Below, in pieces: positions 20,752-30,310 of a stretch of 64,000 nt of DNA. The translations under genes and the position numbers were made by a program. The notes beneath the pieces were generated by a model that did not search any database, had not been told where the DNA came from, and saw only the letters and a list, made by a program, of their open reading frames with translations. The stretch is from the NCBI GenBank assembly GCA_963741215.1, contig CAVUHQ010000024.1:10389-74388 (forward strand), written 5' to 3'. Source of the stretch: an uncultured beta proteobacterium (GTDB lineage: Bacteria; Pseudomonadota; Gammaproteobacteria; Burkholderiales; SHXO01). Position 1 is the first letter of the stretch. Every line of letters starts with the position of its first letter.

Positions 20752-22026
20752 TTACACTCTCTCCGCCGGCGCCGGTTCCGGCGACGCCAGGCGTCGCGTG
20801 ACGATCAGCGTCCATGCCCACGCGACCGCCTGCACTGCGAGGAACAGGCCGAAGCCTGCGCGGTAGGAATGCGGGTGGTATCCCGTGACCGTGGCCGGCC
20901 ACAAGCTAATCACCGCTCCTATGCCCCATTGCACGACGAACGCCCAGGCGAAGACCATGGAGTTGAGCGCGGTGTTGACCCGGCCCGCAGCCGACGATGG
21001 AAAGCGGCGCGGCAGGATCGCATAGGACAGGCTGCCCGCCGTTCCGAAGAATCCGTAGCCGGCCCACCACAGCAGGGCGCCCTTGGCGACCCCAATGGTA
21101 ACCAGCAGTTGGAACACCAGGAACACGCCCATGCCACCAACGAACACGCTGAAGATGGAGACGCCACGCCGCGCCAGCCGGGCGGCGAAGTGACCCCAGA
21201 AGAGGAAACCGAACGTCGTGGCGCAAGCCATGACCAACAGGTGAAAGGCCACCGCCTCTCGCGCCAGGCCGGCCACGTCGCGCAACCAGGGACCCGCCCA
21301 CAGCCCCTGCACCGCCATGTTGGTCGATTGCAAGATGGTCGCCACAACAGCAATCTGCCAGAAGCCGCGATCCACGAATATGCGGCGGAGACTGTCCAGT
21401 TGAGCCGGCAATGGCTCCGGCGCGATCGTACCCCCGCGCTCGGGCACGAAGAAGAAGATCACCGCGGCGGCGGCTAGAGTCAGCAGCGCCAGGATCACGA
21501 ACAAAGCGCGCCAGTCGGCGAGCTCGAGCGCGGCCTCTACCGGAACGGTCGCCGCAATCATCCCCAACCCGCCGGCGAAGAACATCCAGCCGTTCATGCT
21601 CCCCAGCCGCGATAACGGAAACCACATCACATTGGCCTTGATTCCCGACATCAGGCATCCGGACACGCCCAACCCGATGAGAGCACGGCCGACGATGAGC
21701 GGCGGCAGGGCCCGAGCCCAGGCAAACACCAACGCACCGAGTGCCGCCACCACCAGCAAGGCAGCGTCGGTCCGTCGCGGCCCGAACCGATCGAGCAGCA
21801 GACCGAGCGGCAGTTGGAATGCTGCGAAAGCGAGCAGGTAGGCGCTGGTCAGCAGCCCCAGGCTCGCAGCCGAGAGCGCGAAGTCCCGCGCGAGATCAGG
21901 CGCGATGACGGCGTTGACGCTGCGATAGAAGTAAGAAAGAAAATACGCGGCCGCGAATGGAAGCAGGACGTGAACGACGGGGCTGCCACCGATCGGCTGC
22001 GGTTCCCGGTCGGCGGCGCTTCCCAT
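20752..22026 (-). CDS. MFS transporter
   Basis: Intact 424-aa ORF with about 12 hydrophobic segments. MFS loop motif LPLGLLLDRFGPRR between TM2 and TM3. Confidence 0.85.
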   Translation of the reverse strand: MGSAADREPQPIGGSPVVHVLLPFAAAYFLSYFYRSVNAVIAPDLARDFALSAASLGLLTSAYLLAFAAFQLPLGLLLDRFGPRRTDAALLVVAALGALVFAWARALPPLIVGRALIGLGVSGCLMSGIKANVMWFPLSRLGSMNGWMFFAGGLGMIAATVPVEAALELADWRALFVILALLTLAAAAVIFFFVPERGGTIAPEPLPAQLDSLRRIFVDRGFWQIAVVATILQSTNMAVQGLWAGPWLRDVAGLAREAVAFHLLVMACATTFGFLFWGHFAARLARRGVSIFSVFVGGMGVFLVFQLLVTIGVAKGALLWWAGYGFFGTAGSLSYAILPRRFPSSAAGRVNTALNSMVFAWAFVVQWGIGAVISLWPATVTGYHPHSYRAGFGLFLAVQAVAWAWTLIVTRRLASPEPAPAERV

Positions 22027-22032
22027 CCTGCT

Positions 22033-22407
22033 TTACCGCTGCCGGGTGAGGCCGAACAGCAGATTGACGAAGAAGCTCAACACCGACACGAACAACGCGA
22101 CCAGCACCGCGTGCCAGAACCCTCCGGTCAAATGAAAGCCCGGGACCAGCCAGGCAGTCAGCATCAGCATCAGCGCGTTGATCACGAGCAGGAACAGGCC
22201 GAGCGTGAGCACCGTGATCGGCAAGGTGAGGATGAGCAGAATCGGCTTGAGCGTTGCGTTCACCAGCCCGAACAACAACCCGGCTACCAGCAGAGCCTGA
22301 AATCCATCGAAGTGCACGGAGGGCAGAACCTGGCTGGCCACCCACAGCGTGAGCGTGTTGACGGCCCAGAACAACAAGAACCGCACCAGCGGATTTGCAT
22401 GTCGCAT
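22033..22407 (-). CDS. small 4-TM membrane protein, phage-holin-4_2/DUF360-like
   Basis: ORF 22033-22422; likely start at MRHANPLVRFLLFWAVNTL (22407). The pattern GFxxALLVAGLLFGLVNATLKPILLILTLPITVLTLGLF matches the YvlD/DUF360 family as I remember it. Confidence 0.65.
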   Translation of the reverse strand: MRHANPLVRFLLFWAVNTLTLWVASQVLPSVHFDGFQALLVAGLLFGLVNATLKPILLILTLPITVLTLGLFLLVINALMLMLTAWLVPGFHLTGGFWHAVLVALFVSVLSFFVNLLFGLTRQR

Positions 22408-22592
22408 GCCGCAGTTTAGCATCGGCTCGCCCGGCCCCGGGGAAGCTCGGGCTGCCTTGCGCTGCCCGTCCCGGACATTGCGGCGCGCCTGCGGCTGGAC
22501 CTACGCCTGGCCGCGTATACTACGCGCCGCCCGCTGGCGGCTGTCGCCTGCACTGGCACGCCGACGCATTCCCGACCACAACCGTCCTCGTC

Positions 22593-23489
22593 ATGAGCAA
22601 AGATCACCACACTCTGCCGCGTTCCACCTGGGCGCTGATGGTGATGCTTACGCTGGGTTGGGGCTTCAACTGGCCGATGATGAAACTGGCGCTGGCCGAG
22701 ATCCCGGTCTGGACTTTCCGTGGTCTGTGCGTCGCCGCCGGCGCGGCCGGCATACTCATGATCGCGCGCATGCGCGGCGAGCGTCTGCTGCCGCGGCGTG
22801 CGCAATGGCCGCGGCTGTTCGTCACATCGCTGTTCAACGTGAGCGGATGGAACATCCTCATCGGCTATGGGCTCACGATGCTGCCGGCGGGGCGCTCGGC
22901 GATCCTCGCCTACACCATGCCGCTATGGGTCGCGCTGCTTTCGGTCCCGATATTGGGAGAGCCTCTCACACCGCGCCGCTTGCTGGGCCTGGCGCTCGGG
23001 ATGGGCGGCATGCTGCTGCTCTTGAGCAACGAGCTGGCGGTGCTGCGGGCAGCGCCGGTCGGAGCACTGCTGGTGCTCGCGGCGGCGGTGTCTTGGGCCC
23101 TGGGCACCGTGCTGATAAAACGGTTTCCCACCGCGTTGCCCACGACTTCGTTTACCGGCTGGCAATTCCTGCTCGGCGGGCTCCCCATCGTCATCGGCGC
23201 GCTGCTGATCGACACGGGAAAGCTCCAGCCGCTGAGCTGGCAGGCCACTGCCGCACTGGCCTACAACATGATCGTCGCCTTCATCCTCTGCCACTGGATC
23301 TGGTTCGAGGTCGTGAGCCGCGCCTCGGCCACCGTGTCATCGATCGGGACGCTCTCGATCCCGGTCGTGGGGGTATTCAGCAGCATTCTGGTGCTGGGCG
23401 AGCACCCGGACTGGCGCGAGTATGCGGCCCTGGTGCTGGTGTTGGCAGCAATCGCCACGGTGCTGGTTCCCGCGCGCGCGCAGGCGTAG
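22593..23489 (+). CDS. EamA/DMT-family transporter
   Basis: Within ORF 22395-23489; ATG 22593 gives MSKDHHTLPRSTWALMVMLTLGWGFNWPMMKLAL. Ten hydrophobic segments and two EamA-like halves. Intact. Confidence 0.85.
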   Translation: MSKDHHTLPRSTWALMVMLTLGWGFNWPMMKLALAEIPVWTFRGLCVAAGAAGILMIARMRGERLLPRRAQWPRLFVTSLFNVSGWNILIGYGLTMLPAGRSAILAYTMPLWVALLSVPILGEPLTPRRLLGLALGMGGMLLLLSNELAVLRAAPVGALLVLAAAVSWALGTVLIKRFPTALPTTSFTGWQFLLGGLPIVIGALLIDTGKLQPLSWQATAALAYNMIVAFILCHWIWFEVVSRASATVSSIGTLSIPVVGVFSSILVLGEHPDWREYAALVLVLAAIATVLVPARAQA

Positions 23490-23746
23490 CGCCGGCAGCG
23501 CATGATCAACAGCAAAATTTGTTTCACCTTCGTTTCCAACTGCACAGATCACAGTCGTTCCCAAAGTCGCGTAGTCGCCACCAACACGATCTTCCCGCTG
23601 GCCGTCCGCCGATAGCGAGGGTTTACCGGCACGTCCTTTGCTTTTCAAGGCATTGCGCAGCATTCGACCGACGAGGGCGCCTCAAGCGCTCTGGCCGAAA
23701 GCCGTTATCCAGCCGGTGTGCATTGAGGGGGCGTGCTTTGACTTTG

Positions 23747-24358
23747 ATGTCGAGATTCCTGGTTTGTGCGTTCGCTGCCGGCGCTGTCATCCCAGCCGCG
23801 CAAGCGGATATCTACCGATACGTGGACGAAAACGGGAGCGTGCATTTCACCAACATCCCGAACGATCCCCGCTTCACGCTCTACCTGGTGACACAGAAGG
23901 CTCCGGATCCGGTCACGAATGTCTTGACCGCCCGAGGCGTGCGCAGTTACCCGACCGAGGCGCGCAAGAAGTATCACCCCCAGATCCTGGCAGCAGCCCG
24001 CATTTACCAGCTCGAGCCGGCGCTGCTGCATGCCGTGATCTCGGCCGAGTCCGGGTACAACGCGCTGGCCCGCTCGCCCAAAGGGGCGCGCGGTCTCATG
24101 CAACTCATGCCCGATACAGCGCGTCGCTACGGCGTAGACAACCCGCTCGACCCCGAACAGAACATATACGGCGGCGCCGCCTACCTGCGCGACCTGCTCA
24201 CCTTATTCGGCAACGACGTTAACCTCGCGTTGGCCGCTTATAACGCCGGCGAGGGCAGCGTGATGGAATATGGCAACCGTATCCCGCCCTACCGCGAGAC
24301 CACCCAGTACGTGCCCAAGGTCCTGAGCTACTACAAGCGTTACAAGACGATGATGTAG
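23747..24358 (+). CDS. lytic transglycosylase (SLT domain) with DUF4124-like N-terminus
   Basis: C-terminal 203 codons of ORF 22349-24358. Signal peptide MSRFLVCAFAAGAVIPAAQA, then DIYRYVDENGSVHFTNIP (DUF4124-like). SLT motifs AVISAESGYN, GLMQLMP and AYNAGEG. Confidence 0.85.
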   Translation: MSRFLVCAFAAGAVIPAAQADIYRYVDENGSVHFTNIPNDPRFTLYLVTQKAPDPVTNVLTARGVRSYPTEARKKYHPQILAAARIYQLEPALLHAVISAESGYNALARSPKGARGLMQLMPDTARRYGVDNPLDPEQNIYGGAAYLRDLLTLFGNDVNLALAAYNAGEGSVMEYGNRIPPYRETTQYVPKVLSYYKRYKTMM

Positions 24359-24409
24359 CGCGGGCCACGCGAATGGCATAGATCGGCGATCGCGGCTTGC
24401 GCCGGAAAG

Positions 24410-24685
24410 TCAGCGCCCCTGGTTGAGCGCCACCTGCTGCAATACCAGCAGCCGCCTGACCCCGTTCATCACATTCCGAGACGACAGTGTTGCCCCCGAG
24501 ATATTCGGAATGTCCTCGTCCAGCTTGAACGGGTCGGCCAGCGTCTTGCCCACGAACTTCTGGCGCCATTCCGCATTGCGGACCTGGTAGCCGTAGGTTT
24601 CACGGTAGATCATGATCTCGATACCGCGCACTTTACCGTCGGGAGTCAGGCGTAGTGCAGGGTGGGTCCAGCCTGTAACGACCAC
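24410..24685 (-). CDS. FMN-binding (FMN_bind) domain protein, C-terminal part; N-terminus unclear
   Basis: The 91-aa ORF reads ...GKVRGIEIMIYRETYGYQVRNAEWRQKFVGKTLADPFKLDEDIPNISGATLSSRNVMNGV. D..SGAT.SS is the flavinylation motif of NqrC/RnfG-type FMN_bind domains (SGAT = 24488-24499). I could not stitch a convincing signal or TM N-terminus from 24686-24930. Confidence 0.55.
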   Translation of the reverse strand: MVVTGWTHPALRLTPDGKVRGIEIMIYRETYGYQVRNAEWRQKFVGKTLADPFKLDEDIPNISGATLSSRNVMNGVRRLLVLQQVALNQGR

Positions 24686-24935
24686 CGCTCCTGTCCCACG
24701 ACGGTGTCGTGGGCTGCGGGTGTGGAACCGAGATGGGTCAACCGCTTGGCCGTGCGCGGAGGTGACGATGGGCTAGCCGGCCAAGTTCCTTGCAACGGGG
24801 CTGCGAGGGACTTCTCGCTGGGAACACTGCATGGGAGGGAGCTTGTAATGCGGCGGCTGAACGCTAGGTCTTGTGCAAAGTTGCCCTGCCCCTCATCAGC
24901 GCCTAGTCCCGCCTCTGCCTGAGCTTGCGCGACAG

Positions 24936-25835
24936 CTAATCGCCCGCCCTACCCATTTGCAGAACCGGCTGCGCTTGCGTATCGCCCACTAGAACGGTCA
25001 TCAGGTTCGTCACCAAGGCAACCTTCTGGGCGGATGTGAAGGTCGCCATGCTTTTCTCGTTGATGTCGATCAACGCCATCTCGACGATACTGACCGCGCC
25101 TTCCACCAGTTTGCGGCGCGCGGCGATGACTGCCTCGGCCTGCTGACGCCGCAGCATGGCCTGCGCGATTTCCGGTGCGTAGGCAAGGTGCGCGATCTTG
25201 GCTTGATCCACTGCGACGCCGGCCACATCGACGTGCTTCTGGATGCTCTGGCGCAGTATCTCCGCGATCTTGTCGACATCGCCTCGCAGGGTCTTGTAGC
25301 GCGCCGGCATCAGCATCTCCTCGTTGTGATCGTAGGCGTGGCGGCTGGCGACTTCGCGCACAGCAGATTCGCACTGGATGCGGATGTATTCGGCATAGTC
25401 CTCGACCTCGAATGCCGCGCGCGCCGTATCGTGTACGTGCCAAACCACCACTGCGCCGATCTCGATCGGATTGCCGCGCTCGTCGTTGACCCTGAGGATG
25501 GGGGTAGCGAGATTGTGCGCACGCAGGGACAGCCGCCGCTTCAGATAGAACGGATTCACCCAGTGGAAGCCGCTGTTGCGCGCGGTGCCGGCGTAGCTGC
25601 CGAAGAACACCATGACAGCAGCTTGGTTTGGCTGCAGGGTAAAGAATCCGCAGACGCTGAATATGCCCAGGGCGAGGAGACCGATCCCGCCGGTCAGTGG
25701 CGACCAGTCGGAATGCGACAGCGCCCCATAGACGAACGAGCCGCCGAATGCGAGCAACGTGCCGACGATGAGCAGCGCAATCCAGCCGTTGACCGTCTTG
25801 GCCTCGGTTTCTTGTCGGAAAAAATTTTCACCCAT
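24936..25835 (-). CDS. SPFH/band-7 domain membrane protein
   Basis: ORF 24936-25958; likely start at MGENFF (25835). Two N-terminal TM segments are followed by an SPFH-like core (QPNQAAVMVFFGSYAGTARNSGFHWVNPF ... LRVNDERGNPIEIGAVVVWHV) and a coiled tail (AQAMLRRQQAEAVIAARRKLVEGA). Intact. Confidence 0.85.
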   Translation of the reverse strand: MGENFFRQETEAKTVNGWIALLIVGTLLAFGGSFVYGALSHSDWSPLTGGIGLLALGIFSVCGFFTLQPNQAAVMVFFGSYAGTARNSGFHWVNPFYLKRRLSLRAHNLATPILRVNDERGNPIEIGAVVVWHVHDTARAAFEVEDYAEYIRIQCESAVREVASRHAYDHNEEMLMPARYKTLRGDVDKIAEILRQSIQKHVDVAGVAVDQAKIAHLAYAPEIAQAMLRRQQAEAVIAARRKLVEGAVSIVEMALIDINEKSMATFTSAQKVALVTNLMTVLVGDTQAQPVLQMGRAGD

Positions 25836-26223
25836 TGTCAACTTGATCGCCAGGCTGCCGCAGGAGTCTCCAGCGCGCGGCGCGTGCTCAATGTTTTTTT
25901 TGCTGCAGGCATCAAAGCAAGAGCGGAGCCATAGTGCAAATTTCACATCCTCGCGCACTGGTCGTGCCGAGCAGCAGTGGTCCGCGCGCGAATAGCCGGC
26001 AAGCGGGCACTTGCTGATTGAAAATTGACCGGAACTGGCATCTACCGCTAGGATTACGAATCGTTATCGTTAGCGTTACCGGCTTGAGAAGAGCAGGGTC
26101 GGGTCGGACACCTCCTCTGTAAGGTTCACGCAAGAAATACCGGCACTCCCAGGGCACCCAAGGCCGCATAGCTTTCCAGCTCTTCCAACCGCGAACGATC
26201 GAACCCATGGACGCATTGAGCAA

Positions 26224-27141
26224 GTGGCTGTTGGTGCCGGCAGCGATGGCCCTCGAATGATCGTGCAGCCGCTCCTTGAGATCCGGCGGGCTCGACCGCT
26301 GCTCGGCACGTTGGTTGAGATCACTGCTCGCGGTGGGCGCGAGGCCGAGCTGCAGCACGCAGTCGACCAAGGCTTCGCCGCCGTCGCGCGGGTCGAGCGG
26401 TTGATGAGCTTTCACGACCGCAAGAGCGACGTGGGCCGCGTCAACCGGCTCGCCCATCGCGTTGCGGTACGCGTGCATCCGTGGACCTGGCATGTGTTGC
26501 TGTCCGCACAGAAAATGTCACTCGCGACCCGAGGCGTGTTCGACATCACCATCGGGGGCGAGCTGGTGCGAACCGGTTACCTGCCGCGCTTCACCGGGCC
26601 TCGCGCGGATCCGCGAGTCTGCTGGCATGACGTGGAATTGTTGCCCGGACACCGCGTGCGCTTCCGGCGACCGCTGTATATCGATCTAGGCGGAATCGCG
26701 AAAGGCTTCGCGGTCGATCGCGCTGTCGCGCGGTTGCGCGCTTGTGCGGTTGACGCCTGCCTGGTCAATGCCGGCGGCGATCTGCGCGCCTTCGGCGCCG
26801 TATCGCGGCGAATCCATCTGCGCGACCCGGCAAATCCTGGCGCGCTGATTCCCTTCGCGGACATCGTCAGCGGCGCGCTGGCCACCTCCGCCGCCTACTT
26901 CAGCCGCAGCTTATGGCGCGGACGCACCATCAGCCCAGTGATCGACGGGCTGCGTCGCAGGCCGACGACCACTTTCTCCAGTGCTTCGGTCGCGGCGCCG
27001 ACTTGCATGCTGGCGGATGCCCTGACCAAGCTGGTCCTCCTGCGGGGTCCACGCGCGCAGGGGCTGGTCCGGCGTCTGGGAGGACGGCCCTTCATCCTGC
27101 GCGCTGCGGCCATCGCTACCGAGTTGAAATGCGCAGCCTAG
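26224..27141 (+). CDS. apbE: FAD:protein FMN transferase ApbE
   Basis: The 305-aa ORF has ApbE hallmarks: LLGTLVEI, SFHDRKSDVGRVN, DLGGIAKGFAVDRAV, VNAGGDLRAFG, ALATSAAY and APTCMLADALTK. The exact start is uncertain and no obvious lipobox is present. Intact. Confidence 0.85.
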   Translation: MAVGAGSDGPRMIVQPLLEIRRARPLLGTLVEITARGGREAELQHAVDQGFAAVARVERLMSFHDRKSDVGRVNRLAHRVAVRVHPWTWHVLLSAQKMSLATRGVFDITIGGELVRTGYLPRFTGPRADPRVCWHDVELLPGHRVRFRRPLYIDLGGIAKGFAVDRAVARLRACAVDACLVNAGGDLRAFGAVSRRIHLRDPANPGALIPFADIVSGALATSAAYFSRSLWRGRTISPVIDGLRRRPTTTFSSASVAAPTCMLADALTKLVLLRGPRAQGLVRRLGGRPFILRAAAIATELKCAA

Positions 27142-27148
27142 GAGCGCG

Positions 27149-27649
27149 ATGAGGCTCTCGACCGGTCACCTGAAATGGATCTACTGGAGCGGCGCTGCGT
27201 TGTTCGCTACCGGCGCGCTCTGGCTCCTGTTCCACTATTTCCTGCGCCAGCATGGCGAATTCGGGGAGACTGCGCACCCGCTCGAGATATGGTGGCTGCG
27301 CCTGCACGGTGCTTGCGCGATGCTGGTGCTGCTGGTACTGGGCTCGCTGCTGCCGATCCACGTGCGGCGTGGCTGGCACCAGCGGAAGAATCTCCTGGCG
27401 GGCTGTGTCGTGAGCGCGGTGGCGCTGCTGCTGATCGCCTCGGGCTACGCTCTTTACTACTACGGCGGCGAGGAAGCGCGGCCGTGGATCAGCGCGTTCC
27501 ATTGGCTCCTCGGGCTGGGAACGCCGGTCTTGCTGGTTTGGCACATCTGGCGCGGCCGTCAGCTCCACTCCCCTGGCGGCCACGCCGCCCAACTGCACCC
27601 TCCGGCGGAACCCGGCGCGGGAGAGGCTTCGCGGACGATGACCAACTGA
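27149..27649 (+). CDS. 4-TM His-rich membrane protein (possibly cytochrome-b-like/DUF4405-like)
   Basis: ATG 27149 lies 8 nt after the apbE stop. The 166-aa product has four hydrophobic helices with conserved-looking His (FHYF, WWLRLHGAC, IHVRRGWH, FHWLLG...WHIW). The family call is from memory. Confidence 0.6.
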   Translation: MRLSTGHLKWIYWSGAALFATGALWLLFHYFLRQHGEFGETAHPLEIWWLRLHGACAMLVLLVLGSLLPIHVRRGWHQRKNLLAGCVVSAVALLLIASGYALYYYGGEEARPWISAFHWLLGLGTPVLLVWHIWRGRQLHSPGGHAAQLHPPAEPGAGEASRTMTN

Positions 27650-27664
27650 AACGTAGCCCCCGCG

Positions 27665-28577
27665 TCAGGCCAGCCGGCCCAGCATCTCGGCGTAGCGGCG
27701 CGGCGCAGCTCAGGCCGAAGTCGGTCGGCTCCAAGCGCCGGCGCGCGGTCGTGCACTTCGGCCAGGCCCAGACGCAGCGCGGCGATCCGCTTGCCATAGC
27801 AGATGAGCGTGTCCAGCGACTGCAACGTGAAAACGATCGCCGGCAGGATCTTCTGGTAAGTCTCCTCCGCTGCACGCTCCTCCTGTTCCCCGCCGCGCCT
27901 CATCCGTTCGAAGATCTCGCACCTGGTAGTCGAAGGTGTCGGAGGCCGGGATCATGCCGGCACAGCCCGCGCGCAGGTTGTCCGGCAACTCGAGCCCGCC
28001 GCGACCGTTGAATACTGCCAGCCTGCCCTCCAACGCTTCGATCACGCGGCGGATGGTCAGCACCGGCCCTTCGCCCTTCAGCAGTACGAAGTTGCCGCAG
28101 CGCGCGTTGAGCAGCCTGATCGACTCGGGTCCAAGCCCAACACCGATGTACTCGGGCGCGTTTTGTATCGCGCACGGCAGTTGTACGCGGTCCATCACGC
28201 GCGCGAAAAAATCCGCATACCACTCCTCGGGCATGCCGCGCTCCGGCGGCGGTTGCAGGATCACCCAGCTCGCGCCCTGGCCTGTTGCCCAATTGACGAA
28301 CTCGGACTGCGCCTCGCATGGTGGGCTCGGAGACCGTCACCGCCACGGGTACCGCGCCGGCGACCTCATCGATCACCCACTCCACCAGTTGACGCTTCTC
28401 TTGCGGGGCAAGCTTGTGAACCTCAGTAGCCAGGCCGAGCACGGCGATGCCGTGAGCACCCCCGCGCAGGCACGCGCGCACCTGGCGCCGCATCGCTTCA
28501 CGGTCGAGCGACCCGGAACGCGAGAAGAACGCGTACATCATCGGATAGATGCCGGAGAAAGAAGCGAGAGCGGTCAT
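27665..28577 (-). CDS. dihydrodipicolinate synthase/N-acetylneuraminate lyase (DapA) family protein (>=3 apparent frameshifts)
   Basis: Stitched from ORFs 27900-28604 (MTALASFSGIYPMMYAFF...GAHGIAVLGLATEVHKLAPQEKRQL), 27710-28264 (WVILQPPPERG...LPCAIQNAPEYIGVGL...FVLLKGEGP), 27559-27903 and a last frame ending RYAEMLGRLA* (stop 27665-27667). Confidence 0.6.
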
Positions 28578-28899
28578 AGTCGGATGCAGTGTGGCGACGA
28601 ACACGCGGCGGGTTGGGTCTCATCATACGGGCAATCCAGCACGATCAGTACCGCGGCACGATCAGAACCGGGGAAAGGTCTGCTCAATTCGCACGGGCGT
28701 GTCGCGTCAAGTCTGGATGCATGCACGGCGTCGCCACCGCGCTGAATACTTGGCAAAGGGTGCAACGCAGCAGGCGCGGTCCCCGGTGCAAACGATTATT
28801 GGCTCCGCCGGAGTTGGGGGCTGTCACGCGGGACCAGTTTGCAGTAACATAGCCGTACGGGGGTGTGTCCTCTGCCCCGAATTCCGCCGGAGGCTGCTC

Positions 28900-29118
28900 A
28901 TGGAGAGAGACCTGACCGAGGATGAGGTTGTGGCGATCAGGGAACGGGTCGCGGTGCTCAGGATCGAGCACCGGGATCTCGACGAAGTGATCGCCCGCCT
29001 CTCAGAGGATCCCGTCCAGGACGAGCTTCAACTCACGCGCCTGAAACGGCGCAAGCTCTTGCTGAAAGACCACATCGCAGTGCTCGAACGCCAACTGGTC
29101 CCCGACGTCCGGGCATGA
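28900..29118 (+). CDS. DUF465/YdcH-family small protein
   Basis: ATG 28900 with a GGAGG-containing stretch about 7 nt upstream. The 72-aa product MERDLTEDEVVAIRERVAVLRIEHRDLDEVIARLSEDPVQDELQLTRLKRRKLLLKDHIAVLE shows the H.DLD....L.....D....L.RLKK.KL.LKD pattern of DUF465. Confidence 0.7.
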   Translation: MERDLTEDEVVAIRERVAVLRIEHRDLDEVIARLSEDPVQDELQLTRLKRRKLLLKDHIAVLERQLVPDVRA

Positions 29119-29483
29119 GCCGGCGGGATTAGCACGTTCGAGGCTGACCGAGCGCGGTCGCCTCAGCATTCTGGGCAAGGGATCTTGTAATAAGTCCTGG
29201 CGACGTAGGAGGCGACCTTTTCGATGTGCCTCCGCGCTCCAGTGAAGCGACTTGGTCGTCTGCCAGCGGATGGCTTGCGCCCGAACCGCCTTGCAATCTT
29301 CTGCTATCTTCTTGGCGTTCGCTCTCGAGCGAGAATCCGGGCGCACAGTGGCTCCGTCACGCTGGACTGCCCACACCAGGCAACGCGGAGGCCCGCAGCG
29401 AGCGAGTCAGCCTACGTGTCAGCCCAGCCGCGACACGAATGACCGGTCCCTCTTCAGAGTCAGCAAGACAGTTCCAGCCACTA

Positions 29484-30243
29484 TGACGCCTGCGTGTCAG
29501 CATCGCCCTCTTGACCCTGCTCGCGCTGAGCAGTTGCGCCACCTTGTACACGCCGCGCACTCCAATGCCGATCGCCGAGGTGGTCAATCTGAGCAAATCC
29601 GGAGCGCCGCCCGGAGCAGGTCATCCAGCGTATTCGCGATTCTGGAACCACCTACGCCCTGCGCGGCTCCGATTTCGCCAAGCTCAAAGCCGACGGCGTA
29701 CCCGACCCGGTGCTGGACTTTCTGCAACAGTCCCTGGTGGACGATCTCGACTTCCTGACCCGCTACTGGGTGCTGGGCGAGGGTCTCGGCGCCTGCAACT
29801 TCTGCTATCCCCAGCCGGTCGACGTAGACAAGCTGGAGTCGGGTTACGGCGTGGTCGCGGCCACCCCGCCCGGCCAGTATCAGACGGACAAGCCGACGGG
29901 GGCGCCGGACTGGGTGCCGCCGTTACTGAGCCCACCGACGGGCGCGCCTGTCTCGATCTCGGACGTAGTCAAGATGGTGAAGGACGGTGTTCCGGAAGCG
30001 CAAATTGTCGAGCGGATTCGCAGCTCCCGCCTTGAGGGAGTGTATCGGAGGCTCCGGGGTTTTCACCGTCACCATCCACCCGGTTGCGGGGCTACCCGGT
30101 TCCGAACTGGCCCGACTTGTACGACCAAGGCGTCAGCTACCCGATCCTGGACGCGTTGCAGACCCAGTTCCTGTCGCAGTTCATCGAAGCCGAGCGGCAT
30201 ACGCTACCTGAATTGGGGGAAGGGCCCGGGCTCGATGAATTGA
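29484..30243 (+). CDS. putative lipoprotein with repeated 'VPxxxIxxxIRxS' modules (>=3 apparent frameshifts)
   Basis: ATG 29484 (MTPA) joins the signal peptide and lipobox VSIALLTLLALSS|CATLY if one base near 29496 is removed. It continues IAEVVNLSKSGAPPEQVIQRIRDSGTTYALRGSDFAKLKADGVPDPVLDFLQQSLVDD (ORFs 29511.., 29710..) and ISDVVKMVKDGVPEAQIVERIRSSRL. The end is uncertain (30243 or later). Confidence 0.45.
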
Positions 30244-30310
30244 GCGCTTGGTATCGTGCCGGCTCAATGAGCGCCGCAATTCCCCCAGACCCTACTCTCA
30301 GCGGTCGAAC

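Noticed and set aside
23490-23746. 258-nt non-coding gap with an ORF fragment on the minus strand (23337-23663)
   Set aside because: I recognised no RNA-gene signature (tRNA arms, riboswitch cores). The ORF overlaps the EamA gene's 3' end and has no motif content.
25912-26493. 193-aa minus-strand ORF overlapping the apbE 5' region
   Set aside because: It is antisense to the well-supported ApbE gene and has no motifs.
29002-29376. Minus-strand 124-aa ORF; a shifted frame ends ...HIEKVASYVARTYYKIPCPEC*
   Set aside because: The ending looks like a small zinc-ribbon protein. However, it needs a frameshift, has no recognisable family, and lacks a clear start or RBS. Support is too weak to report as a feature.
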